A DNA stretch of 43,895 nucleotides from Nitrospirae bacterium MYbin3 (GTDB lineage: Bacteria; Nitrospirota; Thermodesulfovibrionia; Thermodesulfovibrionales; Dissulfurispiraceae): assembly GCA_002753335.1 (NCBI GenBank), contig PEAD01000025.1, positions 1 through 43,895 of the forward strand. The letters are read 5' to 3'. Under the pieces are notes generated by a model that was given only the letters and a program-made list of their open reading frames with translations, had not been told where the DNA came from and made no database searches. Shown in pieces: positions 9,551 through 18,809 of the stretch. The position numbers were made by a program, and so were the translations under genes. Within the stretch, counting starts at the first letter, position 1. Every line of letters starts with the position of its first letter.

Positions 9551-10083
9551 TTATTTGGTAACCCTTATCAGCCTTGAGGTATCATACTGCTGGTCCTTGA
9601 GACGGTTCAGTATTACTTTGTAAATTATTTCGTCCATAATTTCCGTTCTGCTAAGTATCCATAGGTATTTTCTGTCCGGATGCCCTATAACGGCATATTC
9701 ATAATCCTGGCCGAGGTCTATTATCCAGTAAGCCCCCGAAAAAGGCCAGAAAAAAGAGACCTTCAGCTTCGCGTTTTGTTTTGTGTCAACAACAACCCAC
9801 GCCTTGCCTTTTGCCGAGCGCAACTTGCCAGGATTTGACTGTTCGTAGCATTCGTTCAATACAGAGAGTTTTCCGTCGTCTCTTAATGAGTATGTAGCCC
9901 TGCTCCCTACACAACCTTCCTGAAATTTATGCGGATATCGCGCGATTTCATACCAGGTACCGCTGTAACGGTTCAGATCCACATACTGAACGACCTGTAA
10001 TGGTGAATTGTTTCGTTTAAATGCGTACATGAGATCATTATAGATATGTAAACAACCCCCGTTATAATTTTAATGGCGTTCAC
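9551..10083 (-). pseudogene. blc: Second lipocalin, frameshifted just after the lipobox
   Basis: GTG 10083 after AGGTGA gives MNAIKIITGVVYISIMISCT in a frame different from the lipocalin body (GTWYEIARYP); one added base near 10022 fuses them. Confidence 0.75.
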
Positions 10084-10117
10084 ATCTTCACCTGACCGGT
10101 GAATTTTTCTCTGACTG

Positions 10118-10276
10118 TCAGCAACCGGGCTCATCCGGATGCCCGCAGCAGTTCTGTCTATTTATGATTTTGATCGCGTTGTTTCTAATAAGCAGGGAAA
10201 TCTTCCTGCCAAGCGGCATAGGCGCTCTCAAGTTTGTAAAAACATCTTTTATGCTCGGTCTATTCTGATTGCACAT
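10118..10276 (-). CDS. 52-aa peptide ending CCGHPDEPGC (possible Sec read-through to 10088)
   Basis: AAGGAA RBS; MCNQNRPSIKDVFTNLRAPMPLGRKISLLIRNNAIKIINRQNCCGHPDEPGC-TGA. Confidence 0.7.
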   Translation of the reverse strand: MCNQNRPSIKDVFTNLRAPMPLGRKISLLIRNNAIKIINRQNCCGHPDEPGC

Positions 10277-10347
10277 AATTTCCTTATGCTAAATGATTTT
10301 TCATTATTTCGATAACTAAATTATATCGTATAATTTCAATAAGGCAA

Positions 10348-10364
10348 GCGAGCGTATAATCTTG
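10348..10364 (+). repeat. Left 17-bp target-site duplication
   Basis: GCGAGCGTATAATCTTG identical to 11688-11704. Confidence 0.92.
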
Positions 10365-11687
10365 TGTAGAGAACACATAAACTGTCCGCATCTGTAGCAC
10401 ATCAATTGTCCGGTTACGATTGGATAGCAAAGGAGGCTATCCATGGAAAGGACAAAGATACTACAGGAGATACGGAAAATGAGATTTGAGGAATCATATG
10501 ATGGATGGAAAAGAGGCAGACTGACACAGCAAGAGGCAGCAAGCCTCCTGGGGATATGTGAGCGGACTTATAGGCGGTATATACATCGCTACGAGGAAAG
10601 AGGCATGGAAGGACTTGCGGACATGCGTTTAGGGCAGGTATCTCACCGTAAAGCACCAGTTGATGAAGTAATGAGTCTGGCTGATCTATATAGCAATCGC
10701 TATAAGGGATTTACGGCAAAGCACTTTTATAGTTGGTATCGCAGGGCACACAGTGGGGTGAGGAGCTACACATGGGTAAAAAAGACTCTTCAGGAAAGAG
10801 GGTTCATGCAAAAAGGTCTTCGCAAGGGACAGCACAGGAAGCAGAGGCCTCGGTCTGCGTACGTCGGCATGATGCTTCATCAGGATGGCTCTCGACATGA
10901 GTGGGTGCCTGGGAAACTATGGGATCTGATAGTAACAATGGATGATGCCACCAACATGCACTATTCAATGTTTTTTGTCCAGGAGGAAGGCACTCATAGC
11001 AGTTTTCAGGGGATAAGGGATGTAGTTAAAGAGCATGGGGTCTTTGCCTCCCTTTATACTGACAGAGGGAGCCACTATTGGAGTACGCCTGAAGCAGGAG
11101 GCAAAGTGGACAAGGAAAATCTGACGCAGTTTGGTCGAGCCATGAGGCAGTTGGGGATTGATATGATTCCTGCATATTCCCCTGAGGCTCGGGGACGTTC
11201 TGAGCGGGCCTTTCGCACTCATCAGGAACGGCTTGTCAAGGAACTTGCCGCTGCTGGAATTACTGAGATGGACAAAGCAAATGCATACATACTGAAGACT
11301 TATATGCCTGCCTTTAACGATGAGTTTTCGGTAATCCCTATTGAATCGGCCAGTATGTTTGTTTCATGGGTTGGAACCCCTATTGAGGAGATTCTCTGTG
11401 AGCATCATGAACGTACCGTAGGGAACGACAACTGTGTACGGTTCAACGGGCTTGTGCTTCAGATTCCCAAAGACAATTACCGATATCATTATGTCAAGGT
11501 GAAGGTTCGAGTGCATCGTTACCCGGACGGAAATCTCTCTATATTTCATGGGCACAGAAAATTGGCATCCTATAATTCCAAGGGAAAGGAGGTTTGCAGC
11601 ACTGACAAAAAAGCGGCTTGTTCTTAATAACTACAGACCGGACAGTTTATGTGCTACATAACCGGACATTTCTATTTGTTGACAACA
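10365..11687 (+). mobile_element. IS1202-family (ISNCY) insertion sequence, ISTde1-like by DR length
   Basis: TGT...ACA ends, repeated tgtccg motifs in both ends, 17-bp DR, single DDE transposase. Confidence 0.9.
10443..11627 (+). CDS. DDE transposase (HTH + integrase core)
   Basis: LHQDGSRHEW, MDDAT, LYTDRGSHY, SPEARGRSER. Confidence 0.95.
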   Translation: MERTKILQEIRKMRFEESYDGWKRGRLTQQEAASLLGICERTYRRYIHRYEERGMEGLADMRLGQVSHRKAPVDEVMSLADLYSNRYKGFTAKHFYSWYRRAHSGVRSYTWVKKTLQERGFMQKGLRKGQHRKQRPRSAYVGMMLHQDGSRHEWVPGKLWDLIVTMDDATNMHYSMFFVQEEGTHSSFQGIRDVVKEHGVFASLYTDRGSHYWSTPEAGGKVDKENLTQFGRAMRQLGIDMIPAYSPEARGRSERAFRTHQERLVKELAAAGITEMDKANAYILKTYMPAFNDEFSVIPIESASMFVSWVGTPIEEILCEHHERTVGNDNCVRFNGLVLQIPKDNYRYHYVKVKVRVHRYPDGNLSIFHGHRKLASYNSKGKEVCSTDKKAACS

Positions 11688-11704
11688 GCGAGCGTATAAT
11701 CTTG
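11688..11704 (+). repeat. Right 17-bp target-site duplication
   Basis: Identical to 10348-10364. Confidence 0.92.
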
Positions 11705-11726
11705 TCTCATAATACTACAAAAAACT

Positions 11727-12677
11727 ATGGCAGAAAAAATAAAAATAGGAATAAGCCGGTGTCTCCTTGGCGAGAATGTAAGATATGACGGAGGGCACAA
11801 GCTTGATCATTATTTAAAAGATACGCTTGGAATGCATGTAGACTGGGTGGGGGTCTGCCCTGAAGTTGAGTATGGGCTTCCTGTGCCGAGAGAGACGATG
11901 CGCCTTGTCGGTGATCCTGCTTCACCGAGGCTCATGACCATCGGGACAAATATAGACCATACGGCAGGGATGAAACATTGGACTTACAAAAGGCTTAAAG
12001 AACTCGAAAAGGAGAACCTGTGCGGCTTCATCTTCAAAAGCAGATCGCCCAGTTCAGGCATAAGGGGCGTAAAGGTCTATGGCGAAACAGGCGTAGTTTT
12101 AAAGAACAGTCCTGGTATATTTGGCGGAGCCTTTTTAAAACATTTCCCACTTTTGCCAGCTGAAGATGACGATAGGCTTCAGACCCTCAAGTTTAGAGAG
12201 AATTTCATTGAGAGAGTCTTTGTTTACAGAAGATGGCTAGACTTTATTGCTTATGACAGATCACTTAGAGGACTTATAGCATTTCATGCTGACCACAAGC
12301 TACTACTTATGGCGCACAGTAACGAACACTACAGAAAACTTGGGAAACTTGTTGCAGAGGGAAAAATGTACAAGCGTAATGATCTTCTCAATGAATATAT
12401 AGTCCAGATGACCGATGGGCTTAGGCTTTTTACAACTGTAAAAAAGAATACAAATGTCCTCATGCATATCATGGGGTATTTCAAAAACGTGCTTTCCGGA
12501 AAAGACAAAAAGGAGTTGATCGAAACAATTAATAATTATCATAAGGAGATAATTCCGCTTATTGAACCGATAACTCTTCTGCAACATTACGTCAATAAAT
12601 ATGATGAACCCTATTTAAAAAAGCAGTATTATCTCAATCCGCATCCGGCAGTGCTAATGCTGCGGAACCATGCTTAA
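11727..12677 (+). CDS. DUF523+DUF1722 (YbgA family) protein
   Basis: GISRCLLGENVRYDGGHK, VCPEVE, SPSSG, NVLMHIMGYFK, QYYLNPHP. Confidence 0.92.
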   Translation: MAEKIKIGISRCLLGENVRYDGGHKLDHYLKDTLGMHVDWVGVCPEVEYGLPVPRETMRLVGDPASPRLMTIGTNIDHTAGMKHWTYKRLKELEKENLCGFIFKSRSPSSGIRGVKVYGETGVVLKNSPGIFGGAFLKHFPLLPAEDDDRLQTLKFRENFIERVFVYRRWLDFIAYDRSLRGLIAFHADHKLLLMAHSNEHYRKLGKLVAEGKMYKRNDLLNEYIVQMTDGLRLFTTVKKNTNVLMHIMGYFKNVLSGKDKKELIETINNYHKEIIPLIEPITLLQHYVNKYDEPYLKKQYYLNPHPAVLMLRNHA

Positions 12678-12693
12678 TACATATTACGGACAG

Positions 12694-13198
12694 CTATGGC
12701 CATTCACTGACTATCTGGAACGAGCTTACATGAATACATCTGATTATTTTCACAAGTATCATTGATGTTGAAGGTGCGTTGACGAACTCTTTAAGCAGCG
12801 GGTGTTTCTTGAGAAAAATTTCCGCAAGTTCTTCCCTTGCCCTGCACCTTTTAACAACCCCTGCCTTACCGATGACAGTTATTGCCTCTGTTTTTCATAT
12901 AATTACCGGCCGTGCCTGAACGAGAGTCAATCAAAAGACTGACTTTCGTGTTTTTCATAAGGTTCCTGAACTTACGCGTTGCAGAGGGAGTTGCGAATAC
13001 AAGCCCTTTCATGTCAGGTGTTACCGCGTAAGCTACTAGAGATGTGTACGGTTCATTGCCGGATACCGTGGCAAGTACCGCGTGCAGTTGTTTTCTGTTA
13101 AACAGGAAAAGTCTACTCAACACATCAGCATTACCTGTTTTCACTATAACAGGTATTGTTTCTCCGGCATTTGTCGTCGTCTTATTTGCCTTTACCAT
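12694..13198 (-). pseudogene. Pyridoxamine 5'-phosphate oxidase family, frameshift in A5 run at 12891-12895
   Basis: AVLAT..PYTSLVAY..FATP..TRK; removing one A continues TEAITVIGKA...KHPLLKEFV to TAG 12694. Confidence 0.8.
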
Positions 13199-13204
13199 AG
13201 TCCC

Positions 13205-13300
13205 TCACATATGCCTCATAAAATTTGCTTTTGCATACGTTAACGTATTTTACCAAAGACAGAACGCTCATTCCATGCCTGTCATTCGATCCCAAAGCAC
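13205..13300 (-). pseudogene. Relic of class II DNA photolyase C-terminus
   Basis: One frame reads CFGIE*QAWNERSVFGKIR*, like recalled CFGKHDRAW.ER..FGKIRYM. Confidence 0.6.
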
Positions 13301-13420
13301 GGTACACCTCTTTAGGTGAGGGTTAGTACACCTGCCAGGGTCTGCTTGCTCCTATATAAATGATACTGGAACTTAAGGGTGATTAGAAGTCGTATGTAGT
13401 TTCATTTTGGAGAGAACCAA

Positions 13421-13449
13421 TTGACCGTAGTTAGCAAATATGATAACCT
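13421..13449 (+). promoter_or_regulatory. TA promoter/operator
   Basis: TTGACC-17-TAACCT, extended TG, IR gttagca-aata-tgataac, ATG 7 nt downstream. Confidence 0.65.
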
Positions 13450-13456
13450 ATGAACA

Positions 13457-13783
13457 ATGAAATACACCATCGAATATTTTCACTCTCGAGTTAAATCTGA
13501 TATTGAAAGCTGGCCTGATGGAATACTAGCCGACTTTGCGAGAATATTGGAGCTATTGATGGATTTTGGACCAAGCATACGTATGCCACATTCGCGAGCT
13601 CTGGGTGATGGTCTTTTTGAAATGAGACCCAAGGGACGTGAAGGTATTGGTCGTGTCTTTTACTGTTTTATTATGGGACAACGTATTGTTGTGCTGCATT
13701 CTTTTATTAAGAAAACACAATACACACCGGAACAAGAAATAAAAATTGCTCGAAAAAGAATGAAGGAGGTACAAAATGGCTGA
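13457..13783 (+). CDS. RelE/HigB-like (Gp49) toxin
   Basis: MPHSRALGDGLFEMR..GRVFYC..LHSFIKKTQ.TP. Confidence 0.9.
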   Translation: MKYTIEYFHSRVKSDIESWPDGILADFARILELLMDFGPSIRMPHSRALGDGLFEMRPKGREGIGRVFYCFIMGQRIVVLHSFIKKTQYTPEQEIKIARKRMKEVQNG

Positions 13784-14099
13784 CTTAAAGTATGAACCTG
13801 TTAAACATGACCATGAAGCCTTTCTGAATAAGGCATCAAAAAGAAAAGGATTCAAGAAAGCATACAATGACTTGGAGGACGAATATAAACTTATTCGCCA
13901 AATGCTGGCGGCCCGGTCAGAGTCTGGACTTACTCAGGAAGCAGTTGCCAAGCGCATGGGGACAACAAAAAGCGCTGTCTCTCGTCTTGAGGCAACAGGA
14001 AAGCATGCGCCATCAATCACTACACTAAAAAAATATGCCAAAGCAGTAGGGTGTGCTTTGGAAATCAAACTAATTCCATTTTCTCGCTTGTTGAAATGA
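13776..14099 (+). CDS. XRE HTH antitoxin (HigA-like)
   Basis: GLTQEAVAKRMGTTKSAVSRLE; overlaps toxin stop. Confidence 0.9.
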   Translation: MADLKYEPVKHDHEAFLNKASKRKGFKKAYNDLEDEYKLIRQMLAARSESGLTQEAVAKRMGTTKSAVSRLEATGKHAPSITTLKKYAKAVGCALEIKLIPFSRLLK

Positions 14100-14166
14100 G
14101 AAACATTGTTTGTATCTATCGACATATAGTCTTCCTTAAATTAGCAGAAAAATAAATCTAGATGGA

Positions 14167-14194
14167 AAGGAGCTATCCTATAAATAGCTCCTTG
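14167..14194. terminator. Stem-loop downstream of TA pair
   Basis: aaggagctat-N8-atagctcctt. Confidence 0.45.
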
Positions 14195-14519
14195 TTCCAC
14201 CTGCATGGTGCAGTAGAGACTGACACAATAAAGAATAGAAAAAACGGCATTGGTAATATACAAAGATAACTTAAAATATGACGACAAGAAGAACTTTCTT
14301 GTGTATGGGCTTTTTTTTCTCTTGACATGTGCCCTCTATATGGGTGCAAGCCCTTATCTAGAGACAATCTTTGATTTTATGAATTTCGAAAAGTAACTGG
14401 CATCTCTGGCCCGTCTTTCCAAACAAGAAGATTTTTTCGTAGGCATCTTTTATTTTTTTGACGATGATAAAGAATTCCTTTAACTCATGGTTCACAAATC
14501 CCGTCATAAATTTTTCGGG

Positions 14520-15269
14520 TTACAGCACATTTTCCTTTGCCTTCAAAATCAGCTCAATCCGCGTAATTATTCCATGCACCATTTTAAGCTCCCACTCCGT
14601 AATTCCTGACCTGCCGATAAAATGTTTGATATTCACAATTATTTTTTTCTCTATATCAAGGTTGCCATTAGGTATATATTCAAGAGTTTTAAGCAACTCG
14701 GTTATCCTTGAATAAAGTTTTTGCAACTCTTTCTGGCATACGCGTTTAGCGTCATTATTTTTGCCTTCAACTGCAATAAGACGCCCTGCCATAGAAAGCT
14801 CATAAGCGCTCAACATGACTGCCTGAGCCAGGTTCAACGATGGCTGCTCCCTGCTTGCAGGTATCGTTATAAGAAAACCGCACTCATCAACCTCGTCATT
14901 AAGCAATCCCCTGCTCTCTCTGCCGAAAACTACCGCCACTTTATTTGCTTGTGCAGTCGAGTATAGCTTTGCCGAGGCATCCCTCATATCCATAAATACA
15001 CCGCGGGTTCTGCCCTTTCTTCTGGTCGTACCGGCAACAAGAGATATATCAGAAACAGAATCAGCAAAATTATCGAAACGGATCGCGTCTTTAAGCACAT
15101 CGAGTGCATTGTGTGCCATCCATTTGCTTTCATCAGTAATAAATTCCTCTGACCTTACTATGCGCAGATTTCTAAACCCCATGTTTTTGATAGCCCTTGC
15201 AGCTGCGCCTATATTGCCGGCATCTTTCGGCTCTATAAGAATAAAGTATATGTTGTCTTTCCAGTTCAT
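14520..15269 (-). CDS. trmJ: TrmJ/LasT SPOUT RNA methyltransferase
   Basis: GNIGAAARAIKNMG, VFGRESRGL, SLNLAQAV. Confidence 0.9.
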   Translation of the reverse strand: MNWKDNIYFILIEPKDAGNIGAAARAIKNMGFRNLRIVRSEEFITDESKWMAHNALDVLKDAIRFDNFADSVSDISLVAGTTRRKGRTRGVFMDMRDASAKLYSTAQANKVAVVFGRESRGLLNDEVDECGFLITIPASREQPSLNLAQAVMLSAYELSMAGRLIAVEGKNNDAKRVCQKELQKLYSRITELLKTLEYIPNGNLDIEKKIIVNIKHFIGRSGITEWELKMVHGIITRIELILKAKENVL

Positions 15270-15312
15270 AGGAATAAAAATATAACATAAATCGACATTT
15301 ATTCAATTTTCG

Positions 15313-15332
15313 ATGCTATGGTAACATAGCAT
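15313..15332. promoter_or_regulatory. Perfect inverted repeat over the apbE -10 region
   Basis: atgctatg-gtaa-catagcat in the divergent trmJ/apbE gap. Confidence 0.45.
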
Positions 15333-15335
15333 TAT

Positions 15336-16361
15336 ATGAAAATATTGAAGGACTTATTATTTTTGCTGCTTTGCGGAATGTTTCTTTGCGCCTGCACCAA
15401 AAATCACGAAAAGACCTATAAAGAAAGCCGGGAGTCACTGCATACTGTAGTAGCCATTACGGTAGTTTCTGACTCATCCGATAAGGCTAAAAGCGCAATT
15501 GATAAGGCTTACCATGAACTTGACCGGCTTGCCAAACTGCTCAATTTTTATTCAGAGCATAGTGAAGTATCAGAGATAAATAAAAATGCAGGAAATAAGC
15601 CGGTCAAAGTTTCTGTAGAGACCTTTGAAATAATAGAAAAAGCGCTCTACGCATCAGAGAACACCGAAGGCGCTTTCGACATAACAGTAGGGCCTGTTGT
15701 AAAGCTCTGGGATTTCAAAAATAAAGTGGCACCTGACGCTGATCAGATTAAAGAGAAGTCAAAAATTATCGGCTACAAAAACATCCTGATTGACAAGAAG
15801 GACTCCACCGTATTTTTAGAAAAGAAAGGCATGCAGATTGATCTCGGCGGCATCATAAAAGGCTACGCAGCAGATAAAGCTGTAGAGGTATTAAAATCAA
15901 ATGGAATAAAAGCCGGAATAGTGGCTGCTGCCGGAGATATACGGACATTCGGAAAAAGGCACGATGAAGGCTCATGGAATGTAGGCATTAAAAATCCACG
16001 CCAAAAAGGTAGTGTCGATGAGATAGTTGCGGTTGTAAAACTTTCAGGCCAGGCAATATCAACATCAGGTGATTATGAACGCTTCTTTGAGAAAAACGGC
16101 ATACGCTATCACCACATTCTTGATCCCAAGACAGGCAATCCTGCATACGGCTGTCAGAGCGTAACGATAGTGGCAAAAGAGGCTGCGATAACCGATGCCT
16201 TTGCAACAGGAATCTTTGTGCTCGGACCGAAAAAGGGCATGGGTGTATTAAATAAATTGGGAATCGATGGCATAATAATAGACAAAGAAGGAAAGGTTTA
16301 TATTACTGATGGACTCAAAGGCAGCATAGAGTTGATGATAAAGGATTCTACGTTTGCTTAG
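15336..16361 (+). CDS. apbE: FAD:protein FMN transferase lipoprotein
   Basis: Lipobox, GAFDITVGP, DLGGIIKGYA, STSGDYER, YHHILDPKTG. Confidence 0.93.
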   Translation: MKILKDLLFLLLCGMFLCACTKNHEKTYKESRESLHTVVAITVVSDSSDKAKSAIDKAYHELDRLAKLLNFYSEHSEVSEINKNAGNKPVKVSVETFEIIEKALYASENTEGAFDITVGPVVKLWDFKNKVAPDADQIKEKSKIIGYKNILIDKKDSTVFLEKKGMQIDLGGIIKGYAADKAVEVLKSNGIKAGIVAAAGDIRTFGKRHDEGSWNVGIKNPRQKGSVDEIVAVVKLSGQAISTSGDYERFFEKNGIRYHHILDPKTGNPAYGCQSVTIVAKEAAITDAFATGIFVLGPKKGMGVLNKLGIDGIIIDKEGKVYITDGLKGSIELMIKDSTFA

Positions 16362-16384
16362 GAAACAACGCCTTTAAAAAAAGA

Positions 16385-16765
16385 CTACGAAATAGCCTCT
16401 TTAGCAGGAAAATCTATAACCTTAAGATCTTCGTCACGCTGAACAAGAGATCGCCCTTCAAAAACCCCGCCTTCAGCAACAGAAAGCTTCCTTGTATGAA
16501 TATCGCCAAGCAGACTTCCGGTGTGTTTTATATCAACAAGCTCATCAGCGTTTATGTTTCCGTCAACCCGGCCGCCTATAACCACGCCTTTTGCTTTTAT
16601 GTTTCCCTTTAAAGAACCGGCTTCGCCGAGCACAACCCAATCCGCAACAACATTGCCAAAAATCTTCCCGTCAACCCGCAAAGTTCCTCCGCTTACAATA
16701 TCACCCCTAAATTCGGTATTTACACCAATAAGCGCGTCTAGTTGGTTATTTCGCCTTAGAAACAT
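16385..16765 (-). CDS. Bactofilin (polymer-forming cytoskeletal protein)
   Basis: Beta-helix repeats LRVDG, GNIKA..VVIGG.VDGNI, G.FEG. Confidence 0.9.
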   Translation of the reverse strand: MFLRRNNQLDALIGVNTEFRGDIVSGGTLRVDGKIFGNVVADWVVLGEAGSLKGNIKAKGVVIGGRVDGNINADELVDIKHTGSLLGDIHTRKLSVAEGGVFEGRSLVQRDEDLKVIDFPAKEAIS

Positions 16766-17612
16766 CTTGAGCCTCCCTCAGATAAACATAAGGATTAGTC
16801 GCCTTGCCGTTATTCCATACCTCATAATGCAGGTGCGGTCCGGTAGTGTTGCCTGTTGACCCGACATAAGCAAGCACCTCTCCTCTTTTTACTTTTTGTC
16901 CCACAACTACCCGCAAAGCGCTGTTATGCGCATACATCGTGGAGAATCCTAGTCCATGCTCCACAACAACAAGATTGCCGTTGCCCTGACTCCATCCAGA
17001 AAAACTTACAACCCCATCAGCGGTTGATTTTACAGATGTTCCCACAGGAGCAGAAATATCAATGCCAGAGTGGAACTCACGTCCGCCGTATTTTGGATTC
17101 TCCCTCTGGCCGTATTCTGAAGTAACCCTGCCTTTTATAGGCCATCCCATAGGTGTTGAGTGATACAAATCTCTCTGCTGCTGCAAAAAAGTCTGTATCC
17201 CATCCACAGACTTTACTGTATTTTCTATCTGTCTTTTCAGGGTTTCCATGTCAATAGAGCCTGCATCCTGAGTGTTGACTTTCTTTTCAACATTCTCCAA
17301 AATTGCGCTTTTGCTACCGAACGAAAGTATGCGCTTAAACTCGCTCTCGGCTTTTTGAAGCGTATTAATAGTTCCTTTCAACTCGGTAAACTGGCTGCTG
17401 TAGTAATTAAGAGAGTTTTTCATGTTGTAGTATTCGATGGTATCAATAGCCATCGAAACAACATATACAGACCCGATAAGCCACAAGGCCGCAGAAAGCA
17501 CAATACCGATTGACGGGACTTTAATATTTATTGTGCGTTTCCCGTCATGCGGAATCATCATGATGCTGACTGGAGTGAACAGCTTTTTTAAAAAATGCTT
17601 GAGCTTATACAT
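16746..17612 (-). CDS. M23 family metallopeptidase
   Basis: TM, coiled coil, HSGID, YAHN, TGPHLHYEV. Confidence 0.92.
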   Translation of the reverse strand: MYKLKHFLKKLFTPVSIMMIPHDGKRTINIKVPSIGIVLSAALWLIGSVYVVSMAIDTIEYYNMKNSLNYYSSQFTELKGTINTLQKAESEFKRILSFGSKSAILENVEKKVNTQDAGSIDMETLKRQIENTVKSVDGIQTFLQQQRDLYHSTPMGWPIKGRVTSEYGQRENPKYGGREFHSGIDISAPVGTSVKSTADGVVSFSGWSQGNGNLVVVEHGLGFSTMYAHNSALRVVVGQKVKRGEVLAYVGSTGNTTGPHLHYEVWNNGKATNPYVYLREAQDVSKAK

Positions 17613-18642
17613 AGCTTATCTGCTTCCTCACCCCCCGGTGAATAGTGCCGATATTATAAGCATCATAGCCCACTTTTTTCAAACATTTTATTGTTTTTCC
17701 GACGTCTGTATTATTCACGATGAAAACAAACCCTATGCCACAGTTGAAGGTGCGCCTCATATCCGCCTCCGGCACATTCCCAAGCCTGCGGATAAGCTCA
17801 AAAACAGACGGCACCGGCCACGAACCATCTTTGAGGACAGCTGATATACCTTTGCCAAAAATACGCGGCAGATTGCCCGGAACACCTCCGCCGGTTATGT
17901 GTGCCATGCCTTTAACCTTTATATTTTTTGAAACTAAAGAGCGGAAAGCCTTAACATATATCGTGGTGGGCTTTAAAAGCTCCTCTCCGAGCGTGCAGCC
18001 GAGTTCCGATATTTTTTTATTAAGTTTAAAGCCCGCTTTTTCTATCAACACCTTACGCGCAAGCGAATAGCCGTTGCTGTGAATACCGCTCGAAGACAGG
18101 CCGATAATAGCGTCGCCCTCGGTTATTGCAGAACCGTTTATGATTTTTTTCCTGTCAACCGCACCGACCGCAAAACCGGCAAGGTCATACTCTCCTGCTT
18201 CATAAAACCCAGGCATTTCGGCGGTCTCGCCGCCGATAAGTGCGCAGTCCGCCTGCTTGCAGCCCTCTGCAATTCCCTTAACCACATCCTTTGCCTTGTC
18301 AGCCTTTAGTTTGCCGGTAGCAAAGTAATCAAGAAAAAACAGCGGGTCTGCTCCGAGAGTAAGAATATCGTTTACGCACATGGCTACAAGGTCTATGCCC
18401 ACGGTATCATGCTTATCCATCATAAAAGCTATCTTGAGTTTGGTGCCTACGCCGTCTGTGCCGCTCACAAGCACCGGTTCTTTATACTTCTTCAGGTCAA
18501 GCTTGAACAAAGCCCCGAATGATCCTATGTCCATCATAACCCCGCGTCCAAAGGTCTTCTTGGCCATCGGCGCTATAAGGCTTACGAACCTGTCGCCCTC
18601 ATCAATGTCAACGCCAGCTTTTTTGTATGTAATCTTTTCCAT
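17605..18642 (-). CDS. purM: AIR synthetase
   Basis: YKKAGVDI, TDGVGTK, GGETAEMPG, HSNGYSL, AHITGGG. Confidence 0.97.
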   Translation of the reverse strand: MEKITYKKAGVDIDEGDRFVSLIAPMAKKTFGRGVMMDIGSFGALFKLDLKKYKEPVLVSGTDGVGTKLKIAFMMDKHDTVGIDLVAMCVNDILTLGADPLFFLDYFATGKLKADKAKDVVKGIAEGCKQADCALIGGETAEMPGFYEAGEYDLAGFAVGAVDRKKIINGSAITEGDAIIGLSSSGIHSNGYSLARKVLIEKAGFKLNKKISELGCTLGEELLKPTTIYVKAFRSLVSKNIKVKGMAHITGGGVPGNLPRIFGKGISAVLKDGSWPVPSVFELIRRLGNVPEADMRRTFNCGIGFVFIVNNTDVGKTIKCLKKVGYDAYNIGTIHRGVRKQISYV

Positions 18643-18809
18643 TTTATCTCCTAATTATCTTCTTTTGTCTACCATGCCCGAAGTCCTTAATCGAGTATCC
18701 ATATTAGGGTTTTACGACTTCTGAATTCCCGTTAAAAAAATTGCCAACAGTAGGCGGTTTAGGCGCGGGAATGACGAATATGTCGTTACTATTTTTACCA
18801 ATTCTGCAG

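Noticed and set aside
11679..11700. IS-created hybrid promoter TTGACA...TATAAT
   Set aside because: Spacing is 10 bp, not 16-18
3941..14100. Integron cassette array
   Set aside because: No integrase, mixed gene orientations and no repeated RYYYAAC...GTTRRRY attC sites
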